Positions 18,266 through 27,236 of a stretch of DNA of 64,000 nt are shown here, piece after piece. The first letter of the stretch is position 1. Every line of letters starts with the position of its first letter. Origin of the DNA: a virus; the IMG/VR virus record IMGVR_UViG_3300021958_000038; one strand, 5' to 3'. The translations under genes and the position numbers were made by a program. Under the pieces are notes generated by a model. That model did no database searches. It was not told the DNA's origin and saw nothing but the letters and a program-made list of their open reading frames with translations.

Positions 18266-18629
18266 CTTTATAAATCCTTTTTTTCAATTCTTCTATTTTA
18301 TCATCATTTAATAATTGTATAACAGATTTAGCCTTTTCATCGCTATATCCATAATATTCTTTTATGACTTCTATATCGGCAATCTCTTGTGGCTTAACCC
18401 ATTTTGAGAACCGTTTTTTCTTCTTAATTATATTTATAAGAAAATCATATTGAAGCTTATGGTCTAGGTGGTGCTTTAAATTCATTTCGTTCGCATATAA
18501 AATCGTATCTGGAAAGAATGACAATCCACGATTAATAATAAATGGACTGTATTCCTTTTCAGTTACATCATCGACCATAATATTTTTTTTGGTCGAATTA
18601 ATAGATTTTAAATAGTCAAACGGATTCAT
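18246..18629 (-). CDS. gp62: Clamp loader small subunit gp62
   Basis: MNPFDYLKSIN, YSPFIINRGLS..D, KKKRFSKW, IKEYYGYS; position between 44 and regA. Confidence 0.92.
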   Translation of the reverse strand: MNPFDYLKSINSTKKNIMVDDVTEKEYSPFIINRGLSFFPDTILYANEMNLKHHLDHKLQYDFLINIIKKKKRFSKWVKPQEIADIEVIKEYYGYSDEKAKSVIQLLNDDKIEELKKRIYKGGKRKY

Positions 18630-18786
18630 TCTGCTCCTGCTTTTGTTCGTATGCGATATAAACCTCTGCTTCGATTTTGTTTTCAAAGGTTTGTTCTTTG
18701 GTTATTACATTATCTTCATTAAATCGGCATGCTCTATATTTTTTAGCTTCGCCTTCATAACTAACTACAATAATATCCCATCTCAT
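18616..18786 (-). CDS. Small hypothetical protein (56 aa) between genes 44 and 62
   Basis: ATG overlaps the gp44 stop; MRWDIIVVSYEGEAKKYRAC...; fills the gap exactly. Confidence 0.55.
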   Translation of the reverse strand: MRWDIIVVSYEGEAKKYRACRFNEDNVITKEQTFENKIEAEVYIAYEQKQEQNESV

Positions 18787-19718
18787 TTGAATTGTACTCC
18801 TGCCATTATTTCTGTACAACAAGCAACCATATTGAGTTCATGGTCAGCAACAAAACTATTCTTATATTGATAATCGGCGAGAATGAGAACCAACTGTGGA
18901 ATACTCTGTGGGTTTACATAATCGTTCATATTATCATATATTTTTCTGAATAGCTGGGCTGGGTCTGAGTCAATATTATTAGATACCCATTGTCTCATCT
19001 TTTTAAAGTCTTTAAGTTTAAGAGCGTTCATTAGCTCGTTGATTGATACATCAGATAATGAAACAAGAATACCTGAATCAATATTACCTGATGTTCCATA
19101 TCGCTGTAATTCATTTAGAACTCTTCGCCAATCTGGCATATACTTCATAATGAGTTCTGCTAAAATCTTTTCGTCATATGCAACACCTTCTTCTGAAAGA
19201 ATATTTTTGCATCTTTGAAGAAAAGAACCACATAATTTTACCGACTCTTTTTTAGAGATATTGAATTCAATCACACTACAGCGAGAATGCAATGGGTCAA
19301 TAATTCGGTTTTTAAAATTACATGTAAGTATAAATCTACAATTAGCTGAGAACTCTTCGATGAATCCCCTTAGTGCTGGTTGTGTAGATTGTGGATTAAG
19401 GTAATCCGCTTCGTCGAGGATAACTACTTTGTAGCCTCCTTGGAGTGAGACCGACGAAGCGAATTGTTTAATTTTATTTCTTAGTGTATCAATACCTGAT
19501 TCTTCTGAACCATTAATTAATAAATAATCTAAATCAAGTTCGTTACATAACGCTTTTGCAACTGTAGTTTTACCAAGACCAGCAGTGCCAGTCAATAGCA
19601 TGTTGTGCAATTCACCTCCGTTAACAACAGCTTTAAATGTTTTTTTAATGTTATCTGGTAAGATACATTGGTCAATCGTTTGCGGACGATACTTTTCTAC
19701 CCATAAAAACTCATTCAT
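18783..19718 (-). CDS. gp44: Clamp loader large subunit gp44
   Basis: LWVEKYRP, GTAGLGKTT, ILDEAD, SRC sensor. Confidence 0.97.
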   Translation of the reverse strand: MNEFLWVEKYRPQTIDQCILPDNIKKTFKAVVNGGELHNMLLTGTAGLGKTTVAKALCNELDLDYLLINGSEESGIDTLRNKIKQFASSVSLQGGYKVVILDEADYLNPQSTQPALRGFIEEFSANCRFILTCNFKNRIIDPLHSRCSVIEFNISKKESVKLCGSFLQRCKNILSEEGVAYDEKILAELIMKYMPDWRRVLNELQRYGTSGNIDSGILVSLSDVSINELMNALKLKDFKKMRQWVSNNIDSDPAQLFRKIYDNMNDYVNPQSIPQLVLILADYQYKNSFVADHELNMVACCTEIMAGVQFK

Positions 19719-20029
19719 CCTACAAATTTCCCCGTTGCTAAATCGACTCCAGCGTCATCTACAACTCTGGTTGGCCAGTTGACATCCCACTGCATAACAG
19801 TATCCAATCTGAAACTTCTCCATGCTTTTTTGTCTAGTGACCAAACAGCAAATGCATCAGAATCAGGATTCATATCGACAGTGATATCAACACCTTGTTC
19901 TTTTAGTATTTCGGGTTTAAGAGTACATGGCATAATTCTTATTTCGCCAGTACCTATCTTTTTGAATGTGACTGTTACGTTTCCAGTCTTGAGTGCTTCG
20001 AGTAGCTTTGTTTTTTCAGTTTGTTCCAT
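19715..20029 (-). CDS. Conserved phage protein, WYL_2/SH3-like
   Basis: VTVTFKK..GEIRIM.CTL...AVWSLDKKAWRSFR. Confidence 0.6.
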   Translation of the reverse strand: MEQTEKTKLLEALKTGNVTVTFKKIGTGEIRIMPCTLKPEILKEQGVDITVDMNPDSDAFAVWSLDKKAWRSFRLDTVMQWDVNWPTRVVDDAGVDLATGKFVG

Positions 20030-20044
20030 AATATAATCCTTAAT

Positions 20045-20070
20045 AAAAAATGTGGGGAATGTCTTCCCCT
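20045..20070 (-). terminator. Rho-independent terminator
   Basis: ggggaa-gaca-ttcccc followed by acatttttt. Confidence 0.6.
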
Positions 20071-20074
20071 CAAG

Positions 20075-20329
20075 TTAAGCGTCTGAATCTTCTTCAGATG
20101 GTTGCTCATCAGCAACTGGTACTTCACCTTCAGGAACTTCGTCCTTAGGTGCAGCAGCTTGTAGGAATGAAAGAATTCTATTTCTTACACCGCCTACTAC
20201 TTCTAGCTCTTGGCCTTCAAATGCTCCACGCTTTGAACAGATATCAATTACCTGAACTGCAGTTGCAATATCTTGAAGACTGAGCTGAGGGGCTTGTTGC
20301 TCCTCTACGTTATTATTTTCTTCAGCCAT
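20075..20329 (-). CDS. Small acidic hypothetical protein
   Basis: AAGGAG RBS; LSLQDIATAVQVIDICSKRGAFEG.EL..VG core. Confidence 0.7.
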   Translation of the reverse strand: MAEENNNVEEQQAPQLSLQDIATAVQVIDICSKRGAFEGQELEVVGGVRNRILSFLQAAAPKDEVPEGEVPVADEQPSEEDSDA

Positions 20330-20430
20330 TTGTTTCTCCTTTGCAAAGTTTATAGACTAAAATAGGAAACCCATGCTTGGCATCTCCTATATTATCCTCA
20401 TAATTAGTATGAGAATTCGGTTGTATAATA

Positions 20431-20438
20431 TATTTATA
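20431..20438 (-). promoter_or_regulatory. Late promoter TATAAATA overlapping gp45 stop
   Basis: Exact TATAAATA. Confidence 0.6.
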
Positions 20439-21108
20439 CATTGTATGTTGATGATTTCTCTAAAGCGATAAAATATTCTACTGGATAATCATTGTTTGTC
20501 CAATTAGAGATTAGTTTAGATGAAATACTTACGAAATAATCACCAGGTAATAGTTTGAGATTTGGCATATTTACAACGAAATTAAAATCGTTTTTACATG
20601 CATTATCTCTATCTAGTGTTAGTTCAAATGTATTAGATGTTGCATCTTTTTCATCAAATACTTTAGCAGTGATAACTCCGCTTTCACCGACTAGAGCTAA
20701 GTCAGTATGACCTAGAACTGAGCTGGCTTGTTTGAGAGCTTTAAGGTTATCATCTGTAAGTGTGATTCCAACTTCAGCATCAGGCATTGTAATATCCTTA
20801 GATGGTTGAGTTAGAATATCAATTTCAGAGAAGTAATATTGAATCCTTTTACTTTCATCGTTCTTAATGGTAACAGATTTATCACTAAATTCTAGTTGTG
20901 CATCTTCAATAAGACCATACACTGATAAGAATTCGTTTAAATCATAGATTCCAAACTCTTGTGCAAAATCTTCAACAATATCAGATGAAGCCAAAATGGT
21001 TTTAGCTTCAGAAATTGTTTTCAGTTTCTGACCAGGTTTAATTACCAAATTAGGATTAATGGCCGCAAAGTTTTTCAATACGTTAATTGTATCATTACTT
21101 AAATTCAT
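20434..21108 (-). CDS. gp45: Sliding clamp gp45
   Basis: MNLSNDTINVLKNFAAINPNL, FGIYDLNEFL, YFIALE. Confidence 0.97.
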   Translation of the reverse strand: MNLSNDTINVLKNFAAINPNLVIKPGQKLKTISEAKTILASSDIVEDFAQEFGIYDLNEFLSVYGLIEDAQLEFSDKSVTIKNDESKRIQYYFSEIDILTQPSKDITMPDAEVGITLTDDNLKALKQASSVLGHTDLALVGESGVITAKVFDEKDATSNTFELTLDRDNACKNDFNFVVNMPNLKLLPGDYFVSISSKLISNWTNNDYPVEYFIALEKSSTYNV

Positions 21109-21137
21109 AATATTTTTCCTTTTTAAATTTCTGTACT

Positions 21138-21166
21138 ATTATACCATAAAAGCGAATCATTGTACA
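21138..21166 (-). promoter_or_regulatory. Promoter TGTACA-N17-TATAAT upstream of gp45
   Basis: Exact 6-17-6 spacing, ATGG extended -10. Confidence 0.75.
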
Positions 21167-21462
21167 GGATTATTTTCGCTATCATGTATTGAAAGTGCAA
21201 TAATGGAATAGTGTAAAACTTTCATCAAATCTTTTCTAGCGTCTTGACTACTTCCTTTACGTCCATACCTTTGTGCGTATTTCAATACATTTCCAATTGT
21301 GAAGCCCATACCATGGCCACAGTCTAAAATAAATTCTGTTGATTGAAACTTATTTTTAGAATAGTGACTATCGTAAGTACTATCAATATAATTCTGAAGC
21401 TCTTGGATTAGAGCTCCTTCATTAAACTTGTAGTTTATTTGTTCTTTCTTTTTACTAAACAT
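21157..21462 (-). CDS. DUF3310-like protein (T7 gp1.7-like nucleotide kinase family)
   Basis: HY...Q..EFI...GFTIGNVLKYAQRYGRKG...DLMKVLHY. Confidence 0.7.
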   Translation of the reverse strand: MFSKKKEQINYKFNEGALIQELQNYIDSTYDSHYSKNKFQSTEFILDCGHGMGFTIGNVLKYAQRYGRKGSSQDARKDLMKVLHYSIIALSIHDSENNPVQ

Positions 21463-21826
21463 ATCTATTTAAATTATCTTTATTAATATAAGTTTTATAA
21501 TCATGGCAATTAGAACAAAGAGTTTGACAATTATCTTTATTGTTATTTTTACGATTGCCGTCTTTATGGTCAACTTGTAGTTGGCATAAGTCAACTATAG
21601 TTGATGTGCATTTATATCCTAATCTTCCATCTATATTTTCACAATAACTCTTTTTAAATTTTACATATTTAAAATTTGTAAAATTGCCTACAACTTTTCT
21701 GTGATGGTCGCAATATTTAGCTCTAGGTATAAGACCATCTCTTTTTCTAACATTATTTTTTCCAGTAGATAAACCTTGTTTATTACAACTAGAATATGCG
21801 CATACTCTATTTTCATGAATATTCAT
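21455..21826 (-). CDS. HNH endonuclease
   Basis: LQVDHKDGNRKNNNKDNCQTLCSNCHDYKT plus Cys-rich N-terminus. Confidence 0.88.
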   Translation of the reverse strand: MNIHENRVCAYSSCNKQGLSTGKNNVRKRDGLIPRAKYCDHHRKVVGNFTNFKYVKFKKSYCENIDGRLGYKCTSTIVDLCQLQVDHKDGNRKNNNKDNCQTLCSNCHDYKTYINKDNLNRYV

Positions 21827-22947
21827 TACACTACCTCCTCTTCAGTAGTTTCAGCTTCCTCGGCATTAAAATCGACTCCTGCATCTACTTTTGAGTAGAG
21901 GTCAAGGAATGCTTCTTTAGTATCATCATCAAACCTTGCAATACATAGGTCGATTGCTTTCATTCTATCGTTGAAAATAGAGTTTGTTTGAACTATATGA
22001 CAGAGCCTTCTTGTTGAAATGACTTCATCGACACCATCATCATAAAAAGTTTTTCTGATGATATCGGCCCATGCAACTAGGTTTTCTGCAAAGTCTGCAT
22101 CTATAGAGCCAAACTTTTCCATGTGTTTAGTAACAATTTTATTTTCAACTCTTGGTGAAGGAAACTGTTGGTCGATAGAAATAGTGAACCTTTCAAGGAA
22201 AGCTTCGTCAATAATTGATGCGGCTGTGAACCTACCATCATCTGAACCTTTACCTTTTGTATTCGCAGTAGCGATTACATTAAATCCAGGTGCCGGAGAT
22301 ATTGTCTCACCCGTCTTTTTAACAACAACAGGTTTACCTTCAAGAATACCTTGAAGACACATAATTTTATTTGTAGCTCTGTCGATTTCATCGAGTAATA
22401 AGACTGCACCGTTTTCCATCGCTTTGAGAACTGGACCTTTAGCAAAGACAGTTTCTCCATCGATGAGTCTGAAACCACCAATAAGGTCGTCTTCATCTGT
22501 TTCAGGATTGATTTGTACACGTATAAACTCCCTATTAAGTTTTGCACATGATTGTTCTACCATGAATGTTTTACCATTCCCTGATAGACCAGAGATGTAA
22601 ACTGGGTAGAACATTTCGGATTGAATAACTTTAGTTATGTCTTTAAAAGGACCCCAAGGTACGAATGTAGGGTCAGCTGTAGCATAACTTTTTTCTTGGT
22701 TAACGATTGATTGCATTTGTAAAGTAGAAGTATTAGTTTCTTCCTTTTGTCTCAATGGAACGATAACTGAGGATAAGTCATATTGACCTCTGATATCGCT
22801 TTTTACGCTGAGTAGCGGTGACCAATCGCCTTTAGAAAATCCTAGGGATTTTGCAGTATCGACGATAACTGCTTTCCTAAAGATAGTTTGGTCGGGATAA
22901 TTTTCTTGTAGTTTCTCAACTATTGTGTTTGTATTCACTTTCATCAT
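21826..22947 (-). CDS. cobS: MoxR/CobS-like AAA+ ATPase
   Basis: GLSGNGKT, LLLDEIDR, ATANTKG, AFLERF, EVISTRRL. Confidence 0.9.
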   Translation of the reverse strand: MMKVNTNTIVEKLQENYPDQTIFRKAVIVDTAKSLGFSKGDWSPLLSVKSDIRGQYDLSSVIVPLRQKEETNTSTLQMQSIVNQEKSYATADPTFVPWGPFKDITKVIQSEMFYPVYISGLSGNGKTFMVEQSCAKLNREFIRVQINPETDEDDLIGGFRLIDGETVFAKGPVLKAMENGAVLLLDEIDRATNKIMCLQGILEGKPVVVKKTGETISPAPGFNVIATANTKGKGSDDGRFTAASIIDEAFLERFTISIDQQFPSPRVENKIVTKHMEKFGSIDADFAENLVAWADIIRKTFYDDGVDEVISTRRLCHIVQTNSIFNDRMKAIDLCIARFDDDTKEAFLDLYSKVDAGVDFNAEEAETTEEEVV

Positions 22948-22984
22948 AATATAAATTTCACTCCTTTTAATAATTTATAATAGT

Positions 22985-23013
22985 ATTGTACCAGGTTTAA
23001 GGCCATTTGTACA
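22985..23013 (-). promoter_or_regulatory. Promoter TGTACA-N17-TACAAT upstream of cobS
   Basis: aaaaaaacactgtaca...tggtacaat. Confidence 0.72.
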
Positions 23014-23041
23014 GTGTTTTTTTGCAGAAACATGCATGTTT

Positions 23042-25195
23042 TTATGCCACTGCCTGACCAAATTTAGTCATTAGGTTCTTATTATTCTTCTTGTTATTTG
23101 AAAACTTCTTGAATGCTCTTAGAACTTGGCCTTTTGACATATCGGAATCAGCTTCAATTTCAGCTTCAGCATCGATTTGAAAGCTTTCGTTTTTAACAAT
23201 ATACCAATTATCATATCCTAAGACATCTTGAAAATGAACACATTTGTTCTTTTTATGTTGTGCAAAATATCTTCTTTTAGCTTCAGCAAATTCTTCTGAC
23301 CACCACATATTTTCCTCGCCGTTAGAGTGTGCTTTGGATAATGCATGATTGAAATCGTTTCTATGGTCTGCAATAAAGAATCCCATAGTTGTAACACCGT
23401 ATGATTTCTTTAGATTTTGTAGTAAATCTCTAGTACCTTTAGCTGTGCCATTGAATAATTCTACGGTTCTGCCTTGAATATCCAACTTGACTTTAGGGTT
23501 GAACAAAAGTGGTTGTTTAATTTTATTAAGAGTTCTGTCTTCCATAATGTTAAGACGATTTGTGTCGCCATCAGTAATTGTAAGGAAGGTAACTTTTTCA
23601 ATACCAAATTTTCTTTTAAAATCTCTAACTAAATCGTGAGAAACAATAAGTGCTTGGTTTAGAGGTGTTGAACCAAAGTCTTCACATTCAGCTCTTGACC
23701 ATCTGTCGTAAGGACCATTACATTGCTTCATTCTTGAGAATAAATGCTTTAGAGCTTCTTCAAATTTTGATTTAGTTAAAGCACTGTGGATTAACTGAGG
23801 CATTGATAAACTATCCATGTAGATATCGCCATCTTTGTAGGATTGGTCGACATTATTACCAGACGTAAATGCATATACATCAAATGGAATATTAACTGCT
23901 TTACAGAACATTACGCTGTGAATCAATTGGTCTAATACATTATTTAAAGACTCAAACATTGACCCAGAGTAATCGATAATCATAAACATTCCATGATTTT
24001 TACTATTTGCTAATTGAGTAGTTTTTGCAAAGATATCTTCTGAAACTTTATACCTATGCAATTTGTTAACATCAATTCTACCAGTTTTAGCTGTAGTTGC
24101 ATGCATCCACTGATGCGCAGCTTTTTTCTGCTCAAATTCTTTTACAGCTGGAACGATAGCCTTTTTAACACTTTTAATATAAGCTTTAAATTTTTCTTCT
24201 GAATCTTTTTTATAAAAAGGACCAATGCTATTATTATAGATTTCATTATTGTAATCATAATTGTTTTCTCTTTGTTTCATTTGGATTCTTAGTTTTGCAA
24301 GCTCTTCATATTTAAAAACACATTTTTTAATAGTATCTTTAGAAACAGCATTACCATAATTATATTCAGTAGATTCAGGAACTAGTGTTTTTTCCATTGC
24401 TCTAAAAATGCTGTCAGTAACTGAGATATCTTCATCATGCTGAGGGATAGCACTTTTTAATGATGTTTCGTCTTCTGATTCTTCTTCTGTTTCTTCATCA
24501 CCAGCTTCTGAACCACCATCTTTATTTTGTTCTTCTTGATTCTCTTGTGATTCATAATCATCATGTCCACCTTGTGATGGGTCATAATCATGATTTTCTT
24601 CTTGCTCTGAATCGTCTTCGGAAACTTCTGGTTGTTGGATTAATTCTGGTTGGTTTTCTTGAGTCCAAGCTAGAATTTCTCTAACGACATCGAGTACTTC
24701 TGAAAACTCTTCTGTCTGCATAGATTTATTATAAAACGATAATTCTACATCTGACATTGGTACATCAAGAAGATTACCAATTTTAGCTTTTAGATTAATT
24801 TTATCAATGAGTTTTACTTGGTCCCAATCGATAGCATCGACATCACCAAAAAATTCGTCAGCTACTAGTTTTTTATAGCCTCTTGACATTGGTCCGATAA
24901 GACCAGGATAATCTCTTTTAATTTTCTTTTCAATTCTACAATCTTCAACTACATTAATATATGACCTAGGGCATCCTTCCAATTTCTCTGGACTATCGTG
25001 CCATCCTTCGAAAGGTGTATATAATGCGTGGCCAACTTCGTGACCAATTAAAAGGTCCTTGACATCTTTACCCATATCTTTCCAATCTGGAAGACCTAGG
25101 GTTCTGTTTTTAATGTCAAACCAAGCAGTAGAATATGCACCGGTTTGAACGGTAACGTCTTCTTTTGCTAGTAGTTTTGCGATTGTTGTATTCAT
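23042..25195 (-). CDS. CobT-like vWA protein with N-terminal HExxH metalloprotease-like domain
   Basis: HEVGHALYT, NVVEDCRIE, acidic linker, MIIDYSGSM (MIDAS), STPLN, ITDGD. Confidence 0.85.
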   Translation of the reverse strand: MNTTIAKLLAKEDVTVQTGAYSTAWFDIKNRTLGLPDWKDMGKDVKDLLIGHEVGHALYTPFEGWHDSPEKLEGCPRSYINVVEDCRIEKKIKRDYPGLIGPMSRGYKKLVADEFFGDVDAIDWDQVKLIDKINLKAKIGNLLDVPMSDVELSFYNKSMQTEEFSEVLDVVREILAWTQENQPELIQQPEVSEDDSEQEENHDYDPSQGGHDDYESQENQEEQNKDGGSEAGDEETEEESEDETSLKSAIPQHDEDISVTDSIFRAMEKTLVPESTEYNYGNAVSKDTIKKCVFKYEELAKLRIQMKQRENNYDYNNEIYNNSIGPFYKKDSEEKFKAYIKSVKKAIVPAVKEFEQKKAAHQWMHATTAKTGRIDVNKLHRYKVSEDIFAKTTQLANSKNHGMFMIIDYSGSMFESLNNVLDQLIHSVMFCKAVNIPFDVYAFTSGNNVDQSYKDGDIYMDSLSMPQLIHSALTKSKFEEALKHLFSRMKQCNGPYDRWSRAECEDFGSTPLNQALIVSHDLVRDFKRKFGIEKVTFLTITDGDTNRLNIMEDRTLNKIKQPLLFNPKVKLDIQGRTVELFNGTAKGTRDLLQNLKKSYGVTTMGFFIADHRNDFNHALSKAHSNGEENMWWSEEFAEAKRRYFAQHKKNKCVHFQDVLGYDNWYIVKNESFQIDAEAEIEADSDMSKGQVLRAFKKFSNNKKNNKNLMTKFGQAVA

Positions 25196-25225
25196 ATAAT
25201 CACTCCTTTATTTGAATATATGTAT

Positions 25226-25254
25226 ATTGTACCATAGCTTGAGCCATTTGTACA
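25226..25254 (-). promoter_or_regulatory. Promoter TGTACA-N17-TACAAT upstream of vWA gene
   Basis: aaaaaaacactgtaca...atggtacaat. Confidence 0.72.
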
Positions 25255-25289
25255 GTGTTTTTTTGCAAATAATGCATGTTTTTTTAGCC

Positions 25290-25373
25290 TGGTGCCCACA
25301 CCCGGACTTGAACCGGGACGCCATAAGCGAGGGATTTTAAGTCCCTTGTGTCTACCAATTCCACCATGTGGGC
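25290..25373 (-). tRNA. tRNA-Leu(TAA), encoded CCA
   Basis: gcccaca..tggaattggtagaca..agggacTTAAAAtccct..variable arm..ggttcaagtcc..tgtgggcACCA. Confidence 0.95.
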
Positions 25374-25389
25374 CTTTCAGGCTAAATAT

Positions 25390-25466
25390 TGGCCTGCCCT
25401 GGAGGATTCGAACCTCCGACCTACGGTTTAGAAGACCGTTGCTCTATCCAGCTGAGCTAAGGGCAG
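25390..25466 (-). tRNA. tRNA-Arg(TCT), encoded CCA
   Basis: ctgccct-tagctcagctggatagagc-acggtctTCTaaaccgt-ggaggttcgaatcctcc-agggcagGCCA. Confidence 0.95.
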
Positions 25467-25483
25467 ATAATTAATTCTGTACC

Positions 25484-25512
25484 ATTATACCATAGTAAAG
25501 TATGTTTGTACA
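25484..25512 (-). promoter_or_regulatory. Promoter TGTACA-N17-TATAAT upstream of tRNA pair
   Basis: Exact 6-17-6 spacing, ATGG extended -10. Confidence 0.72.
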
Positions 25513-25520
25513 GAAAAAAA

Positions 25521-27236
25521 TTATCTTATTTTAGAGAAATTTCTGTCTTTAAAGAATTCAATCTTAGACCTAAATTTATTCTCTAGAACATCTCCTTTAT
25601 GAGAGATGATGAATACATTAGAACCATCTTCTAGCGTATCCAGGATTTTGGTTAGATTATCGATTCCATCCATATCTAAACTTGAATCAAATGTTTCGTC
25701 CAAAACTAATAAGTTAGTTGATGCACTATTTTTCATTTTAGCAATTTGTCTCCAAGTAAAGAGTAGTGCTAAATCGATTCTTTGTTTCTCTCCTTCAGAA
25801 AATGATGCATAATTAAATGTATCTCTGTGTCGTGACCTAATTGTTTCGTCAAAATTTTCATCGAGATGGAATGCTACGAAGAAATCCAATACTTGTAAAT
25901 ATTGATTAATTAACCTATTCATTACTGGCAGATATTGTTTGATAACTTTAGTTTTAATACCTGTATCTTTTAACATCTCACCAATAGCTTCGTTATAGGT
26001 TCTTTCCTCAACATACTCTAGTTTCTTTTCGGTTGTAGATTCCTTTTTCTTTCTGAGAGTAGATAACTCCTTCTTTGCCGTCTTTGTGTCGCCTGACGTT
26101 TTAAGGAGCGTATCGATTTCCTTTTGGGTTTTACCAATTTCTTTTTGTAAGAGCGCGACTTTGTCATTGTTAGAATTTATCCTTTGTTGCTTTTGTCTTA
26201 GCTGATTAAGGTTGTTCATAATCTCTTGACCTTCTTTTTCTAAAGTATTTACTTCTTTTTCTAAAGAATTTTTATGTTCTTGAACATCCTTTGCCTTTTC
26301 CTTAAGTACATCTAATTTTTTTACTTTAATAGTTGCGTCTATGTCCTGCTCACATGTAGGACAAATATCGTTATCCTCAAAGAATCTAGCTTCTTCAACT
26401 AATGTTTTGATTTTATTATTAAAGTCTTTATTATAAGCTTTCATATCTGACATTTTATCGCCAAAATACTTATAGTTCTTTTCTTCCCCTTGAATCATTG
26501 TCTGTAGGTTTTTACCTAGATTTTTAGATTCTTCAAATATTTCTGCTATTTCTTCTTTATAGACATTAATTGCATCACGTTTTATATCAACTTGTTCTTC
26601 GTTTAGATTTTCTAAATCTTTAATATATTTTGATTGTGCATCAATTTTTGTTTTAAATAACTCAATGTTATGATTAATGTCGACTAATTCTTCACGAATC
26701 TTTGAGTTTCTTTCCTTTAATAACTGATTCATTTTAGAAAAAATGCCGATATCTAATAAATCTTCGATTACAGCTCTTCGTGACCAAGCAGGTAATTGCA
26801 TAAATGGAATGAATGAACTACTTCCTAATACAACTACTTGGTGAAATGATTTATGGTTAAGTTTTAGAATATTTGTTTCTAAAAACTTCTGGTAATCTCT
26901 TACATTAGATGCTTGGTTAATCATATTACCATTTTGCCAAATCTCAAATTTAGTTGGTTTGATTCCTCTTACAATTTTAAAATCAGAATCACCAATAACA
27001 AATTCGACTTCGACAACTGTACCTTTTCGATTAATAGAGTTCATCAATTGTTTTTTATTGATATCTCTGTGTGGTTTACCAAATAATCCAAATGATAGTG
27101 CATCTAGCAATGTAGATTTACCTGCACCATTTTGACCTACAATAAGAGTTGTCGGTGATTTATTTAATGATATAGTAATAGGGTCGTTTCCTGTTGAAAG
27201 AAAATTCTTCCAGGAAACAGATTTAAAATGTATCAT
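25521..27236 (-). CDS. gp46: Recombination endonuclease subunit gp46 (Rad50/SbcC-like)
   Basis: GQNGAGKST, coiled coil with CPTC hook, FSEGEKQRIDL, LDETFDSSLD. Confidence 0.97.
   Translation of the reverse strand: MIHFKSVSWKNFLSTGNDPITISLNKSPTTLIVGQNGAGKSTLLDALSFGLFGKPHRDINKKQLMNSINRKGTVVEVEFVIGDSDFKIVRGIKPTKFEIWQNGNMINQASNVRDYQKFLETNILKLNHKSFHQVVVLGSSSFIPFMQLPAWSRRAVIEDLLDIGIFSKMNQLLKERNSKIREELVDINHNIELFKTKIDAQSKYIKDLENLNEEQVDIKRDAINVYKEEIAEIFEESKNLGKNLQTMIQGEEKNYKYFGDKMSDMKAYNKDFNNKIKTLVEEARFFEDNDICPTCEQDIDATIKVKKLDVLKEKAKDVQEHKNSLEKEVNTLEKEGQEIMNNLNQLRQKQQRINSNNDKVALLQKEIGKTQKEIDTLLKTSGDTKTAKKELSTLRKKKESTTEKKLEYVEERTYNEAIGEMLKDTGIKTKVIKQYLPVMNRLINQYLQVLDFFVAFHLDENFDETIRSRHRDTFNYASFSEGEKQRIDLALLFTWRQIAKMKNSASTNLLVLDETFDSSLDMDGIDNLTKILDTLEDGSNVFIISHKGDVLENKFRSKIEFFKDRNFSKIR

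Larger units (their letters stand above)
23002..25267. repeat. 25-bp exact direct repeat (23002-23026, 25243-25267) within longer similar promoter blocks flanking the vWA gene
   Basis: gccatttgtacagtgtttttttgca in both; also shared tcactccttt, tattgtacca and atgcatgttttt. Confidence 0.8.

Noticed and set aside
18431-18438. TATAAATA inside gene 62
   Set aside because: Intragenic in an AT-rich region and far from the regA start; may be chance, so not listed as a promoter
21826-25195. Cobalamin biosynthesis function for cobS/cobT-like genes
   Set aside because: No CobN or other B12 genes; this MoxR-vWA pair is a common T4-like phage module, so the name does not imply the pathway
25292-25474. 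60-aa plus-strand ORF
   Set aside because: Antisense translation of the two tRNA genes
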